A stretch of DNA of 64,000 nt from Lama guanicoe (taxonomy: Eukaryota). The DNA is taken from the NCBI GenBank assembly GCA_013239625.1, contig MU056050.1:1102084-1166083 (forward strand). Reading direction: 5' to 3'. The notes under the pieces were generated by a model that saw only the letters and a list, made by a program, of their open reading frames with translations, was not told the origin of the DNA and ran no database searches. Made by a program: the position numbers and the translations under genes. Of this stretch, positions 37,190 to 50,129 are shown piece after piece; the stretch's first letter is position 1; each line of letters begins with the position of its first letter.

Positions 37190-38085
37190 CCCTTGAGACT
37201 TTTTGTGCCTGAGGTCGGTGAATTGATGAGTTATACTTGCTCAACCTGCCTCTTAGTGCTCTATCAAATTCCTAAAAGCTGTCCACCAGGATGTCTTCCA
37301 TTTTTGTTCTTCAAACATATGGCTTGAAGCAGAAGACATTTTCCCATCTCCTTTGGATGTATCTCTCTCGTTAAAATCTGGAGAAGGGTATCACTTATCT
37401 TTGTGGAAATTATAGAGAAGACGGGGATGTAAACTGATTTACAATTGTGAAGCTCAGCTTGGTCGCAGTGACTCAGCACCCCCACACAGGGTGCGGCAGA
37501 TTTCAGAACTTCGGGTCCCCTCACCACCCCCTGCTATGCTTCAAGGACCTAACTGACACTGCTCAGCTACCTTGGAGCTGCTGTTGTTGCTGCTTTCCAG
37601 CTTTTCATGTCTGTGGGTGTCCAGATGCCCCATCCTATTCCTCCAGGAGTTCGGTCATTAAAGCAAGACTTCTGTTTCTCTGGGAGCTTACAACCTTCAT
37701 AAATTAAACAGGCCTAATTTGCCGCAGACCCTTCTTTTAGCTAATAGGTTCCTCCAAGCTTCTCGTGTAGGATATTGCTCCACCTCGTTCTTGTTGAAGC
37801 AGCTCCTCTCAATCCTCTAGGGGTCTCTTCTACCAATTCTTTCAATGGTAAATGAGGGATTTGAGTTGTTTCTCTCCTTTGATTTTTGTGAAGATCATAC
37901 ATGTAGAGAATGCTGGCTAAAGTATTGTCTCTGAATCTGGTAGTCACACCTTGAAATGAGGCTAGTTCACTAGGGGAATCCATTTCAGACGCTTTTCTAA
38001 TTGTCTGATCTCTGGATGCCCAGGATAATTGATAGAAAGAATTGTCTTGTTTCTGTCTGCTTCAGATCATTGTATTATGCTGTCT
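37190..38085 (-). pseudogene. Candidate large decayed exon (RQHNTMI*SRQKQDNSFYQLSWASRDQTIRKASEMDSPSELASFQGVTTRFRDNTLASILYMYDLHKNQRR...)
   Basis: Acceptor ttcccctgttctttcaaataactcAG in phase with ORF 37741-37983; about 900-nt non-repeat, GC-richer island with overlapping minus-strand ORFs; 3' boundary uncertain. Confidence 0.5.
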
Positions 38086-38369
38086 CTGAGTTATTTGAAA
38101 GAACAGGGGAAGGGATAACAGTGGTAGAAAAAGCCATGAATCTGAATGGATTATAATATAAAGAGCAAGGGAGTGGGTAAACTTTTTAAAATATATACCT
38201 TGGAGCCATGACTTCAGGGAGAGAAAATAATGACTTGAATGGACTTTGAGAAAAATCATTATAAGGGGAAAAGATAAGCAGGAAAATGGGACAGCTTATA
38301 CTCAAAACTCCAGAGCCCTTTATCCTTACCACAGTGTCACCTGTCAGAAATGGTACTAAAGCACTTGAA

Positions 38370-38610
38370 GCTAACGTTTAAGAAGACAGGCTTTGAAGTC
38401 AGGCAGACTTAGGCATGAGAATTTGTTTTGTTTCATTACCCTTGTGATCTTGGGCATGTCTCTGCACTTTATCTGTGGAATGGATGTATAATAGTAGCAC
38501 TGTTCCACAGGGTTGTAAGAGGTAAATTTAATAATACATGTGAAGTGTTTGGCACAGTGCCTGGCATATATTAAGCATCATTGAAAGATAGAAGTTATGT
38601 TACTATCATT
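38370..38610 (+). mobile_element. MIR SINE
   Basis: caggctttgaagtcaggcagacttagg...tgtgatcttgggca...tttggcacagtgcctggcatata. Confidence 0.85.
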
Positions 38611-39799
38611 ATAAGCAAGCTAGACACACAGAAGTGACATATTATATGTTTTTGCTTATATGAATAGTAGTTAAAGTGGTCCCATCACTTACATATCTGT
38701 GCAATATTGGCCAAATCAGCAAAAATCTCTGAATCTGAGCTTCCTCAGGTATAAAGGTATAAAGGTATAAAGATAATAGCTACCACATAGTTAAATTAGA
38801 TAATGTAGTAAAATCTCAGCTAAAGGTCTGATATTATAGTGAGTGCTGAATAAATGTTACTAGTTATGTATATTACTCATTTGACTCCAGAAATCAATAG
38901 CCTGTGATTACAAAGTAGAGGTGTTTATTCCGTTCTCATTTATTAAGTCTGTACTCTGGGCCAGACACTGTTATTAGAACTAGAGATATATCAACAAATA
39001 AAGCAGAAGAGCATCAGTAACTTTTTCGTGTTTATATTCTTTTAAAGGCTGCTAAACACAATAAGTACCTTGTTTAGTATGTTAGAAGCTGGTAAGTTCT
39101 ATGGGGAAAAATAAGGTAAGGGATTAGGAATGCTGGGTGGAGAGGAAGGTAAGAGGTTACAATATTGAGGCAATCAGAGTAGATCCATCTGAAAAAACAT
39201 CATTTGAGCAAAAATATAAAAGAGATGAGGAAGAGAGTCACATGCTATCTGAAGAGGTGTGTTCCTGACTGAGAGAACATCCAGGAAAACCCTAAGACAA
39301 CTGGGTACCTAGTGTGTTAATGCAATAGTGAAGCTGTCAGTGTGCCTAAAGTGAAGTGAACAAGAAGAGAAGAAGGAGATGATGTCAAATAGGTTCAGGT
39401 ACCCAGATCATGTAGGGCCTTGTTCATCACTGTATAAAATTTGAATTTTACTCTGGGTGAGATCAGAAGTCATTGGAAGGATTTGAGCAAAGAAATGATG
39501 TGAACTTATTATCTTTCAAGTGGATTATTATGGCTGCTATATGTAGAGTAGACCATGGGGCATAATAAATGTGGAAGTAAGGTAACCAGTTAGGGAGCTA
39601 TTAAGTTATCCAAGAGAAATTATGGTTGCTTGTACTAGCGTGGTACAGGTGGAAGTGGTGAGACCTGATCAGATTCTACATAATTTGGAAGTAGAGGTGG
39701 CAAGTTTTGCTGACTGATTGAATGTGGGGTATGAAGGAAAGAGGAGCCAAGAATAATGCCAAGTATTTTGGCTTGAAGGGAGTTGCCATTAACTGAGCA

Positions 39800-40322
39800 T
39801 GTCACATGGATTCTGAGATGATCTCATTGAGACTGGATCTGCTGGTATTCATGCCTTTGTGGGATTACCTCCTCTTAAGTGTGGGAAGGACCAGTAACTT
39901 GCTTCTAACCAACAGGATATGACAAAAATGAGAAGTCACTTTCATGATTACATTATATAAGTTGGTCACTTCCATACTGTTAGCAGACTCTTTCCCTTCC
40001 TGGCTATGATGAAGCAAGTCCATGCATTAAGAGAGATCCATGTGGCAAAGAACTGAGGATGTCTTCAGGTGGATAGCCAGTAAGTATCTGAATTCTGCAA
40101 GCAAACATGTGATTTTGAGAGTGGATCCTTTTCTCATCAAGCTCTCAGATGAGACCTCAAACATGGCTGACACCTTGATTGCAGCCTCCTGAAAGACTAT
40201 GAAATTAGAAGACCCAGCTAAGCTATGTTCTTATCTAAAGGAACTGTGAAATAATAAATGTGTGTTATGTTAAGCCACTAACTATGTTGTAAGTTTTTAT
40301 ATGTCAATATATACCTAGTATC
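39800..40322 (+). mobile_element. MaLR solo LTR (MLT1E/F-like)
   Basis: catgtggcaaagaactgagg, cagatgagacc...gctgacaccttgattgcagcc, ataataaatgtgtgttatgttaagccacta. Confidence 0.8.
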
Positions 40323-41166
40323 CTGAGCAAGGAAAGCCTGGAATTGAACCAGTTTTGTTGAAGTGAAAATCAGAAATTGCACATTGAATGTGTTGGGTTT
40401 GAGATGTCTACTAAACATTTAAGTGGATATTTTGGAGACGTTAAGTCTGGTTTTCAGGGGAGAAATGTGAAAGGAAAAATTTGTGAATCAACAATATACA
40501 GCAAGGATTTGAAAATGTGAAAATAGATACAATCACCTAACAATTGAATGTAAAGAAAGTAGTTCAGGGACTGAGTCCAAAGGTCATAAGATGGAGAGAA
40601 GAGGAAGAATTATAGAAAGTTGGCTTGGAATGGTCAGTGGACAGGAGGGAAACCAATAGTATGCTATCCTAGAAAGCAATTCAGAAATGTTTCCAGGAGA
40701 AAGGAGTGATATATTGTTTAAAATGCTTCTGTTATGTTAAAAAAAAAAAAGATGAAGACTGAGAATTGACTATTAGAATTAGTAACATGGAAATCATTGA
40801 AATAAGCTGTCTAGGTAAAAGCCAAGAGAAACTGAGTAAAGAGGAATTGGTGATAGCATAAACAACTCCTTTGAAGAGTATTGCTATTTGATAGTTAGCA
40901 TAAACAATTCTTTTAAGGAGTATTGCTGTTTAAGGGAAACAAAGAAATGGAGGAATAGCTGGTAAAGGTTAGTGGGGTCCAGAGAGGGTTGATTTTTCCC
41001 TAGTATAAGAAAATGGAAATAATTTGGGAAGGGAAAATGGATGTTGTAGTAGAGAGGGGATAATGCTGAAATAATGTCTGGCTAGGCAAGATGGGATGGG
41101 ATCTAATAAATCTAACCTTGGTTCGAAATATGGGCAGATCATGTATTATAATAGAAGAGAAAAATG

Positions 41167-41396
41167 CAGTTGACTCTTGAACAACACAAGTTTGAACTGT
41201 GTGGGTCCACTTACTTGCAGATTTTTTTAAAGGAAATATTTGAGCACTATACGATCCACAGTTGGTTGAACTTACAGATGTGGAAATGTGGATACAGAGG
41301 AGCCACAGATATGAAAGGCTAACTATAAGTTATATGTGGATTTGACTGTCCAGAAGGGAGGCACTCCTAACGCCCTAGTTGCTCAAGGGTCAACTG
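41167..41396. mobile_element. Tigger2-derived MITE (MER8-like), TcMar
   Basis: Terminal inverted repeats cagttgactcttgaacaac ... gttgctcaagggtcaactg; TA on the right flank; 230 bp. Confidence 0.85.
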
Positions 41397-41760
41397 TATA
41401 TGATTTCAGATGCAGACAGGCTAGTAGATGTGGGGATTTGGGGACTTTAGGAAGTTCTCTTCTGACTGTTCCAGTCTTTTGGTGAAGTAGAAAGCAAAGG
41501 CATCTGTTGAGAGTGAGGATGTGGAAGATGTGTACGTTTTGAGGAGAGAAGAGAAATTGTGAAATAATACTTCAGGAGTATGGGAGAATGAGTGGACAAT
41601 AAAAGTAAGTTATAACTTCAGGGCAGGCATTAAGGGCCCACTTAAGGTTTGTGGCTGTATATTTGTGGGTGTGTGTTTTTCTCCATACATGTTAATCTCC
41701 ATGGGTACAGGCATAGAATAGGTCAAGGATTTGGACTTACCTAAAATACTATGAACTCAC

Positions 41761-42260
41761 AGGCACTGCTGGTCCCCAGAAGGAAGAAAAAATTTTCTAT
41801 TTCCCTCCCTGGCTGTTCTCAAGGACTGCCTAGGTGTAAACTAGGTAAACCCTAGTCTGTTAATTGGCTCAACACTCTCCATCTTCCAGAATCCTTGGAG
41901 GCCAATCTCCACAAATGTTGATGTCTCTCTCATCCACCCTGCTAGGCACAGTTGCCTGAAAGTGTTTCCTTGCTGCTGGGTGCAGAGCGTGAGAGTGGTG
42001 TATAAAATCTGGAAAATGCTGGCACAATAGAAAGTCCCTGCTTACTGTTAGATCAAAATGTCATCAGCTAAATATCTAAGAAATCCAGATGCTCCATTCA
42101 CTGCTATTTATGTCTGATATTTAACTCAAACCTTCATGGCTCTTTAAATTGTGAGCGAGAAAGCTCTTCTTTTACTATCATGTTTTGAAAGAGATGTCCT
42201 GTCTGCAAAATAGCTCACTCTCTGTTAGAGAAGATCGTAATTTTTTTTCAAAGAATACAT
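41761..42260 (-). pseudogene. Candidate large decayed exon (DVFFEKKLRSSLTESELFCRQDISFKT...FYTPLSRSAPSSKETL...HQHLWRLASKDSG...)
   Basis: Consensus donor cct|GTGAGT at 41760 (alternative GTAAGT at 41740); weak acceptor; non-repeat island with stops and frameshifts. Confidence 0.4.
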
Positions 42261-42929
42261 CTGTCCACTTATGACGCAGTATCCATGGTGCCAGCATATC
42301 AGGGTTAGGAGTGAGTCTAGCCATAGCTATGCACTATGTTTGGAACCAGACCTCCCTTCCAATGATTTAAGCTCCTATATTGAGTTTGGGTCGCAAGTTA
42401 AGTCTTCTTCCCTTTCTGGCTTTAGTTTTCTGACAGATTATCTTGACTGGGGTCACTTCAGTCCATCAGACATGGTTTGTGAACTTTGATATTCACGGGG
42501 AAGGCATGGAGGGCTTTTCAATCCTCCTTTTCCTAGGAGCCTCTTAAACCCTGTGAAAACCTATGAATAAAAATAGATACTTGTGGTAGAAATTTCACTT
42601 CACCCAACAAAAGCATTACTGCTCAAGTCCTTATGAGCCTAAAATGTCCAACCATGTACTTAGTCCCTACAAGTATTAGATTAAAATTTATATTTATGTA
42701 ACTAAAAGAGTCTAGTGTATGTTTCTCCTTAAATTAAAGGAACAACCTATGGTAGTGGTAAATTCCTATGTCTGTACCACAGCGCAGAAACTACTGTTAG
42801 TCACTACAATGGCAGCTTTCTAGATTCAAAAACTGTATGATCCAGATTCAACCAGGAACCCTGTTACATTATTATTGCTCAGTAATAATAATAATAAACC
42901 CTTATATTTGTATAACACAGTATATTAGT

Positions 42930-43070
42930 AGTTGGCAAAACATTTTAAAATACAGATTCTTTGATCTCATCTCATACCTATTAGATCAGAATATCTGGGA
43001 ATGAGTCCAAGGAATCTAATTTTATCCAGATTCCAGTCTAATTCTGATGTGCATTCATTTGAGACTCCTC
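42930..43070. mobile_element. MER5-like DNA transposon fragment
   Basis: ttttaaaatacagattc...tcagaatatctgggaatgagtccaaggaatctaatttt. Confidence 0.55.
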
Positions 43071-43494
43071 TTTTTATGCTTTTCAACATAAATTCATGTG
43101 TTTCCTTTCTCCCTCCCTTCATCCCTCTCTCCTTTCTTCCTGTTTTCTTTGTAATCCAATTCATTATATTTTAGAAACTTGACTTTTATAAAAAAAATAA
43201 TCAAAACACTCTTCTGAAAGGTTCAATAGCATTTTAAAAATAACTTTATTGAGATATAATTCACATGGCCATTAATTTCACTTTTCATAAATAGTGATAG
43301 TGGTGATTACTTCACAAAATTATGAACTTACTAAATGTTATTGAAGTGTACACTTTAAAATGGTTAATATGGTAAATTTATCTTTTGTATATTTTACCAC
43401 AATAAAAAATTGGACAAAGTATCTGAATATTTATCCAAAGAACATGTGCAAATGGCCAATAAGCACATTAAAAGATGCTCAATGTCATTAGTCA

Positions 43495-43701
43495 ATTTTT
43501 TTTATGTCTGTGAGTCTGTCTCTGTTTTGTAAATAACTTCATTTGTGGGTTTTTTTTTTTAAGATTTCACATATAAGTGATATCATATGATATTTTTCTT
43601 TCTCTTTCTGGCTTATTTCACTTAATATGACGATCTCCAGGTCTATCCATGTTTCTGCAAATGGCATTATTTTATTCTTTTTTATGGCCAAGTAGTATTC
43701 C

Positions 43702-43756
<55 letters not shown>

Positions 43757-45742
43757 CACAACTTCTTTATCCAGTCATCTGTTGATGGACATTTAGGTTG
43801 CTTCACTTCCATGTCTCAGCTATTGTGAATAGTGCTGCTCTAGACATTGGGGTGCATGTATCATTTCGAATTAGAATTTCCTATAGATATATGCCCAGGA
43901 GTGAGATTGCTGGATCATATGGTATCTCTATTTTCAGTTTTTTAAGGCATCTCCATACTGTTTTCCATAGTGGCTGCAGCGGACTACATTCCCACCAACA
44001 GTGTAGGAGGGTTCCCTTTTCTCCACACCCTCTCTAGTATTTATCATTTGTGGACTTTTGAGTGATGGCCATTCTGACTGGTGTGAGGTGATACCTCACT
44101 GTAGTTTTCATTTGCATTTCTCTGATAATTAGTGATACTGAGCATTTTTTCATGTGCCTGTAGGCCATTTGTATGTCTTCATTGGAGAATTGCTTGTTTA
44201 GAATCTTCTGCCCATTTTTGGATTGGGTTGTTTGGTTTTTTTTTTGTTATTAAGTTGTATGAGCTGTTTATATATTCTGGAGATTAAGCCCTTGTCAGTC
44301 TCATCATTTGCAAATATTTTCTCCCCTTCCATAGGTTGTCTTTTTGTTTCGTTTATGGTTTCCTTTGCTGTACAGAAGTGTATAAGTTTAATTAGGTCTC
44401 ATTTGTTTATTTTTGCTTTTATTTCTATTGCCTGGGTAGACTGTCCTAGGAGAACATTGCTAAGATTTATATCAGATAATGTTTTGCATATGTTTTTCTC
44501 TACTCAGAAACTTTTGTGTTTCCATACAAATTTTAAAGTAATTTTTCTAGTTCTGTGAAAAATGATATTGGTAATTTGATGGGGGTTGCACTGAACCTGT
44601 AGATTACCTTGGGTAGGTAATTTTAACGATATTGATTTTTCTAATACAAGAACACAGTATGTTATTCCATCTGTTTGTGTTGTCTTCAGTTTCCCTCATC
44701 ATCGTCTTGTAATTTTTGGAGTACAGGTCTTACCTCCTTAGGTAGGTTTATCCCTATGTATTTTATTCTTTTTGATATGATTGTAAACTGGATTATTTCC
44801 TGAATTTCTCTTTCTGATATTTCATTGTTAGTATATAGAAATGGAACAAATTTCTGTTTATTAATTTTGTATCCTGCAACTTCACCAGATTCATTGATAA
44901 GCTCTAGTAGTTTTTTGCAGTTTTATTTCTAGAAGATCAGTAGTGGTGTCCCCTCTTTTATTCCTGATTTTGATTATTTGAATCTTTTTTTCCCTCGGTC
45001 CATCTAGCCAAAAGTGTTAATATTGTTGATCTTTTCAAAGGACCAATTTGTTCTTTTATTTTCTATATTCTTCTATTCTGTAATTTATTTTATTTCCATT
45101 TTAGATTTTATTTTTAGTTCCTTCTGCATGTATTGGATTTAGTGTGTTCTTTTTCTAAGGTGGAAGATTAGGTTATTTTGAAATCTTTTTAATATACAAA
45201 TGACATACATAACTTCCTCTATAAGCACTACTTCATCTGCACTTTTATAGTTTATTTTTATTTGCATTTTCATTCCATTCAAAATATTTTCTAATTCCCC
45301 TAGTGTTTTATTATTTGACTCATTTAGTAAAGAGTGGTTGTTTAATTTCCACGTATTTGAGGATTTCCTAAATTTCCTTGATCTTCCTTGATTCCCAATG
45401 ATTTCTAGTTTCATCTGTTGTATTTCTATGATTTTAGTCCTTTTACATTTATTGATATTTGTGTTTTGACTGAAGATATCATCTATCCTGGAGGAATGTC
45501 CCATGGATAATGAAGAAAAAAATGTGTATTTTGCTGTTGTTGAGTGGAGTGTTCTGTAAATACTTGTTCGATCTAGTTGGTTTAAAGTCATGTGATTTCC
45601 TTGGTGATATTATACCTTGTTGTTCTATCCATTATTGAAAGTTGGAGTATTGGAGTCCCTGTCTATTATTGTTGAACTGTCCAGTTTCCCCTTCAAGTCT
45701 GTCAGTTTTGATTCATATATTTTGGTTCTCTGTTGTTAGGTG
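43495..45742 (-). mobile_element. Composite L1 block: younger L1 3' part (about 43495-44500) plus further, older ORF2 pieces
   Basis: Antisense L1 3'/ORF2 text; ORF 45139-45591 resembles the end of the ORF2 endonuclease (LNQLD...IYRTLH...YTFFSS...SRIDDI...NTWKLNN). Confidence 0.9.
43704..43754. repeat. (GT)n microsatellite inside L1
   Basis: Direct inspection; about 25 uninterrupted units. Confidence 0.95.
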
Positions 45743-45744
45743 CT

Positions 45745-46175
45745 GGCCCCCTGCAAATATATATCCACCCAGAACCTGTTAAAGTGATCTTATTTGGATA
45801 AAAGTAATATATTTGCTAGTGTAATTAAAGACCTCAATATGTAGTTGTCTTGAATCATCCATGTGATCCTACATACAAAGGCCAGTGTCCTTATAAGATA
45901 AAGACAGAAGAAGGTTTGTGACACATGGAGAAGAGGAGGCATTGTGACCACAGAGACAAGGATTGGAATGATGCAGCCAAGAAAACCAAGGAAAGCCGAC
46001 AAACACCAGAAGCTAGAAGAAACATAGAAGGATACTTCCCAGAGCCTTGAAGAAGTGAGGACCTGTTGACATTTTGATTTTGGACTTCCATCCTTAAGAA
46101 CTATAAGAAAATAGGTTTCTATTGTTTTTAGGAAAAAAATTTCAGTAATTTATTAGGCATCTGCAGGAAACATAT
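45745..46175 (+). mobile_element. MaLR solo LTR (MLT1B/C-like)
   Basis: gtgtccttataaga, tgtgaccacagagacaaggattggaatgatgcagcc, caccagaagctagaaga, ttttgattttggacttcc. Confidence 0.8.
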
Positions 46176-46204
46176 TTAGGTCAATACTTACATGTTTATA
46201 TTTG

Positions 46205-46590
46205 TTATTAAGCTTTATTGAGATATAATATACAAAAATTACATACATGTAGTATATACATCTTGATGGGTTTGGACATATGCATACACCGGAGATAACA
46301 GTGGTATCAGAACCACAGTTATGGTACAAAACTTACCTATCACCTCCAGAAATTTTCTCGTGTTCTTGTGTATGTACGGGTGTGTTTCATGTGTAGGAAG
46401 AACACTTAACATGAGATCTATCCTCTTAACATATTTTAAAGTGCACAGTACTGTATTATTAACTGTAGGTACTAAGTTGTTCAGCAGATCTCTGGAACTT
46501 ATTCCTGTTGCATAAATGATCTTTATTCCCATTAAGCAACAATTGTCCATTTCCCCCTCCCTCTAGCCCCTGGCAACCCATTTCCTGCTT
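46205..46590 (-). mobile_element. Old L1 3' end
   Basis: agctttattgagatataat...aacacttaacatgagatcta...cagcagatctctggaacttattc...gcccctggcaacc. Confidence 0.75.
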
Positions 46591-47149
46591 TCTCACATGT
46601 CTATTGAATTTTATTGTATCCTGGATATTGTGAATAATTTGTTGTGTGTCTTTTATTCATGTCTCTCTATAAGGAGTGATGAATTTTGTTCTGATAAGCA
46701 ATGAAAATACTTGTGAATCAGTTTATATCCTTTTAAATCTTTTTAAAAGCTTTCTTAGTGTGGCTCTAGAGTAGTATTTACTGGTACCAGTTCTGTTCCT
46801 GTGTTGTGACCTTTCTGATGTTCACACTGACGGCTTTGGGTGTTAAATGAGGTCTTTCTACTCTGATTGCTGAGCTATCCGGCTTCTCAGGCGTGTGTGA
46901 ACAGCGGTAGCTCTTCTGTTTACTGCCTGTGTCTAGTAGTTATTCTTTACGTGATATCTGTTCTTTGCCTGACCTTGTGAAATTTCATCCTATGGTCATT
47001 CAGGTTAGAATTTATCTAAAGATGCAAGGAGACCCCAGTGCAGATTTCTAGAGTGTGTTTTCTGGGTTATACTTTTTATTTGGTCTTCTTCCCCCAATTA
47101 TTTGGATGTCTCAGTCTCCCTGAATTCTAATCTCATTCTCCTCACATCA

Positions 47150-47680
47150 GGGAAGGCTTTCTGGATCTGGACTTTGTTACAGATATAGTTAATGTCAGTT
47201 TAGTACTTCATTACTAGTATTACATATTTTAAATGTGGAGTCAGGAATTTTCCTTATTCAGAGTTTGTTACCAGTACAATGGTGAATTCCAGTAGTCTCT
47301 CTGGGCCTTAGAGCCTAGCTGTCAAATTTAAAAATCACGGGGTTTTCTTTCTGTTGTGTCATTGACATTCCAGCATTTTAAGTCTTGAGGGGAATTCTTT
47401 TTTGCTCTGTAGTTTTACTTCTTGGTTTGCAATCCTAGGTTTATGTATCTCCATCTTTCTACTGTGCCCCTGGGTCTTTGGTGGGCCATTTCTTACACTT
47501 GGTGAACTCAGGTATATCTGGAGATCTCATATTTGATGTAATATCTCAACTTTTGATGTGTCCATATCATTAACTCAGTTTGTGCCCTGTTCACCTTTAA
47601 AGTCTCTCTTAGGTCTCCTACCCTGTCACCAACCTTTGGTATGCAGCCACTGTGCACTTAGTGAAAGTTTCATAGGAAAA
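47150..47680 (-). pseudogene. Candidate decayed exon (...DLQIYLSSPSVRNGPPKTQGHSRKMEIHKPRIANQEVKLQSKKEFPSRLKCWNVNDTTERKPRDF*...)
   Basis: One minus-strand frame stays protein-like with sparse stops; boundaries unresolved. Confidence 0.3.
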
Positions 47681-48379
47681 GATCAGCAAATTGATGCAGA
47701 TTGCCCTGTAACTAGGGCTCTGCAAGATTCTACTCCACCATTCCATCCCATATGTGGTGGTTAAAAGTAAATGTATTGGTTGGTTTATTTTCTCTAGTCT
47801 ATGGGAAGTTTGTTTTTCCTCCTGCTTTGCTCAGAGAACAAGTTCTATGTATCTTCTCTCCTAAGAAGGGCTCATGACTTTATATAATTTAGATCATTTG
47901 GTTTTCTTTCCATCCTCAATCTGCTAATGTGTTAACGTTGGGATTATTAAAGCTTTCAGAACTTTTTCTCATTTTTAGAATGGTACAGATTTTCTCTTGT
48001 GACTTTCTAAACCATAACCGAAAGTGGAAATGTAGTGTTTATATTTTGTCTTTTAGTTTACATATTTTCCTCCACCCCATCTACCTCCCATGCAAACTTT
48101 GAAAAGGAATATGCACTAATAGCTCTATGCTTTTATATGGAAGAAAAATTTTAGTGTGTTTTTTCTACAGGTAGGTCACCTCACCTGATAGGCATTATTT
48201 TAGGGAAAGCATAAAAGATTTTAGGTACACATTGAATGAAAATAACTCTCACCTAAAGTAAAATATTGCCATTCAAATTGAGGTAATAAGCAAAAAATTA
48301 TTAGTGCCAAGAATAAATACCCAAAGTCTGGTATTTATCATTGTTTCCCTTTAATTTCTGAACTGACAAATGATAATTG

Positions 48380-48732
48380 CTCAGGCATTTAAAATAATTA
48401 GGAAAATGTTGAGGCACAAAAGGCGAAGCCTTTTAGAAGCGCAATTTAAATGCATAAGGACTGATTCAGATATGTTAGCTGCACGTTATCCTAGAGTAGA
48501 CTGATTGCCAGGTGCTTTTTAGTGGGTTGACGATTGATAGGTCACATGCCATCTGAGTTCTGTCTGCAATAAGGCCCACTGGAAGCACATTTACCTCAGA
48601 AGGTAGGTCTAGTTTTAAAGAAGGCTTCTGGGGATCTTGGGATTTATATCCTGTTAAATGTCTTGGTAATAAACCATGGTTTTCAGAATGCACATTTGTT
48701 CAACATCTTGTAAATTTGTAATATGTTTTTTT
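48380..48732 (-). pseudogene. Candidate decayed exon (...HSENHGLLPRHLTGYKSQDPQKPSLKLDLPSEVNVLPVGLIADRTQMACDLS...)
   Basis: Acceptor-like tatattccAG near 48733; ORF 48475-48693; non-repeat island. Confidence 0.3.
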
Positions 48733-50129
48733 CTGGAATATACTATTTTGGACTATGTTTAAATGAGAGTAAGAAAAATATGAGTAAGATCATTGGATGA
48801 TCTTACCAATTTAGAATGCTTATTCATTTTGTGAGCTGTGGGAGGAGGGCAGTCTGAAGCAGTCTGTGGAAAGAATTACAAGATTGGCAGTGGCTTTGTG
48901 AGAGAAATGACAGTTTCTGTGAAGAACAGAATAATCCTAGGTAAGGTTGGCCAACCTTAATTTAGCGAGAAAACATGTTAAAATCAATCAAAGGCAGCAT
49001 TAACTGTGAGAACCGCTTTGGTGTTGGTGTGTACAGCACACAAGCTATTCCATATTCTGATGGGATAGTGACAACTGGGATTGGTGTCACAGATTGATGA
49101 TACCAATTTCTAAGGAGAGTATTTCAGAAGTAAATAGGTGGTATTTTATTACAATTTTGTAAATTTTGTTCTGTTAGGAGTGACTTACTCATTCCAGGTA
49201 TACTTTCTACTAAATTATTTATTCAGAATATTGCAGTAGACTACTGATAATTTTATGCACGAATACCAAATTATTTATCTCAGGTGACACTCCTATGACA
49301 CTCCCTTGATTTAACTAATTTAAAGGTGTATTCCCTCTAAATTAAAATTGGCCTTTATTACATAGAAATTTTTTCTTCCTCACATAGACTTGTTCATCGT
49401 ATTAAATTCCTGTCATGCAGGACATGAAATATTTTTGTGCATAGTACCTATTTATCTACTGTTCATGCACAGGTGAAGTTAAACAAGTTCAATTCATAAT
49501 AAAATTTAGAAGATGATAAGGTCTGAAAGAAGACTATTTAGTAAATTTAGACAAGAGAATTTCACTAAAAATGATGCTAGCTGATACTAGGGTCAGCCAC
49601 AGTCATTTGGGTGAGATTCTTGAAAGTGATACGCTGACAAGATTAATTCAAAATAAATTAAAATACCATTCTACTTTCCATTCCTTAAACATGATGAATG
49701 ATATTAAATAACATTAAATAATGATGAAAAAATAACTCTCCTAAATATTTAGAAAAAATATTAAGAATAATACAAGTCAATCAACAATATTCATTGATTG
49801 CTCACTTTATGCTGATTGTTATTAAGCATAAACATTTATTGAATGCCTACTCTGTGCAGTTCATACTGAAAATTATAGAGAACACTTAATAGGCATTATG
49901 GACGAAGTGGGTTGTCTGTAAATAAACAGAATGTGTGATCCTTACTCAAGAAGTGAGTGCAAACAAAGTATGAAAATCAGATGAGCATTCACACAAAGCA
50001 AAGGAGTGATCTGAATAGGAGAAGCTTAAACAGAGAAGATGGCAGCTTGGTTGGCCTGTAACTTAGAACTGCTACAGCCTCAGCAGGTATGTTCTGTAAA
50101 CGGAATGGTTTTGAAGCAGTACCAGAATG

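Larger units (their letters stand above)
38930..41730 (-). mobile_element. Long L2 fragment hosting an MLT1 LTR and a Tigger2-type MITE
   Basis: Extended antisense L2 text (cagatcatgtagggccttg, gaagtcattggaaggatttgagca, gatgaagactgagaattgactattagaattagtaacatgg). Confidence 0.75.

Noticed and set aside
50034..50086. Plus-strand exon (aacAG...cag|GTATGT); also the donor cag|GTAAGG at about 26102
   Set aside because: Isolated sites with a weak acceptor, no recognisable peptide and no in-phase partners.
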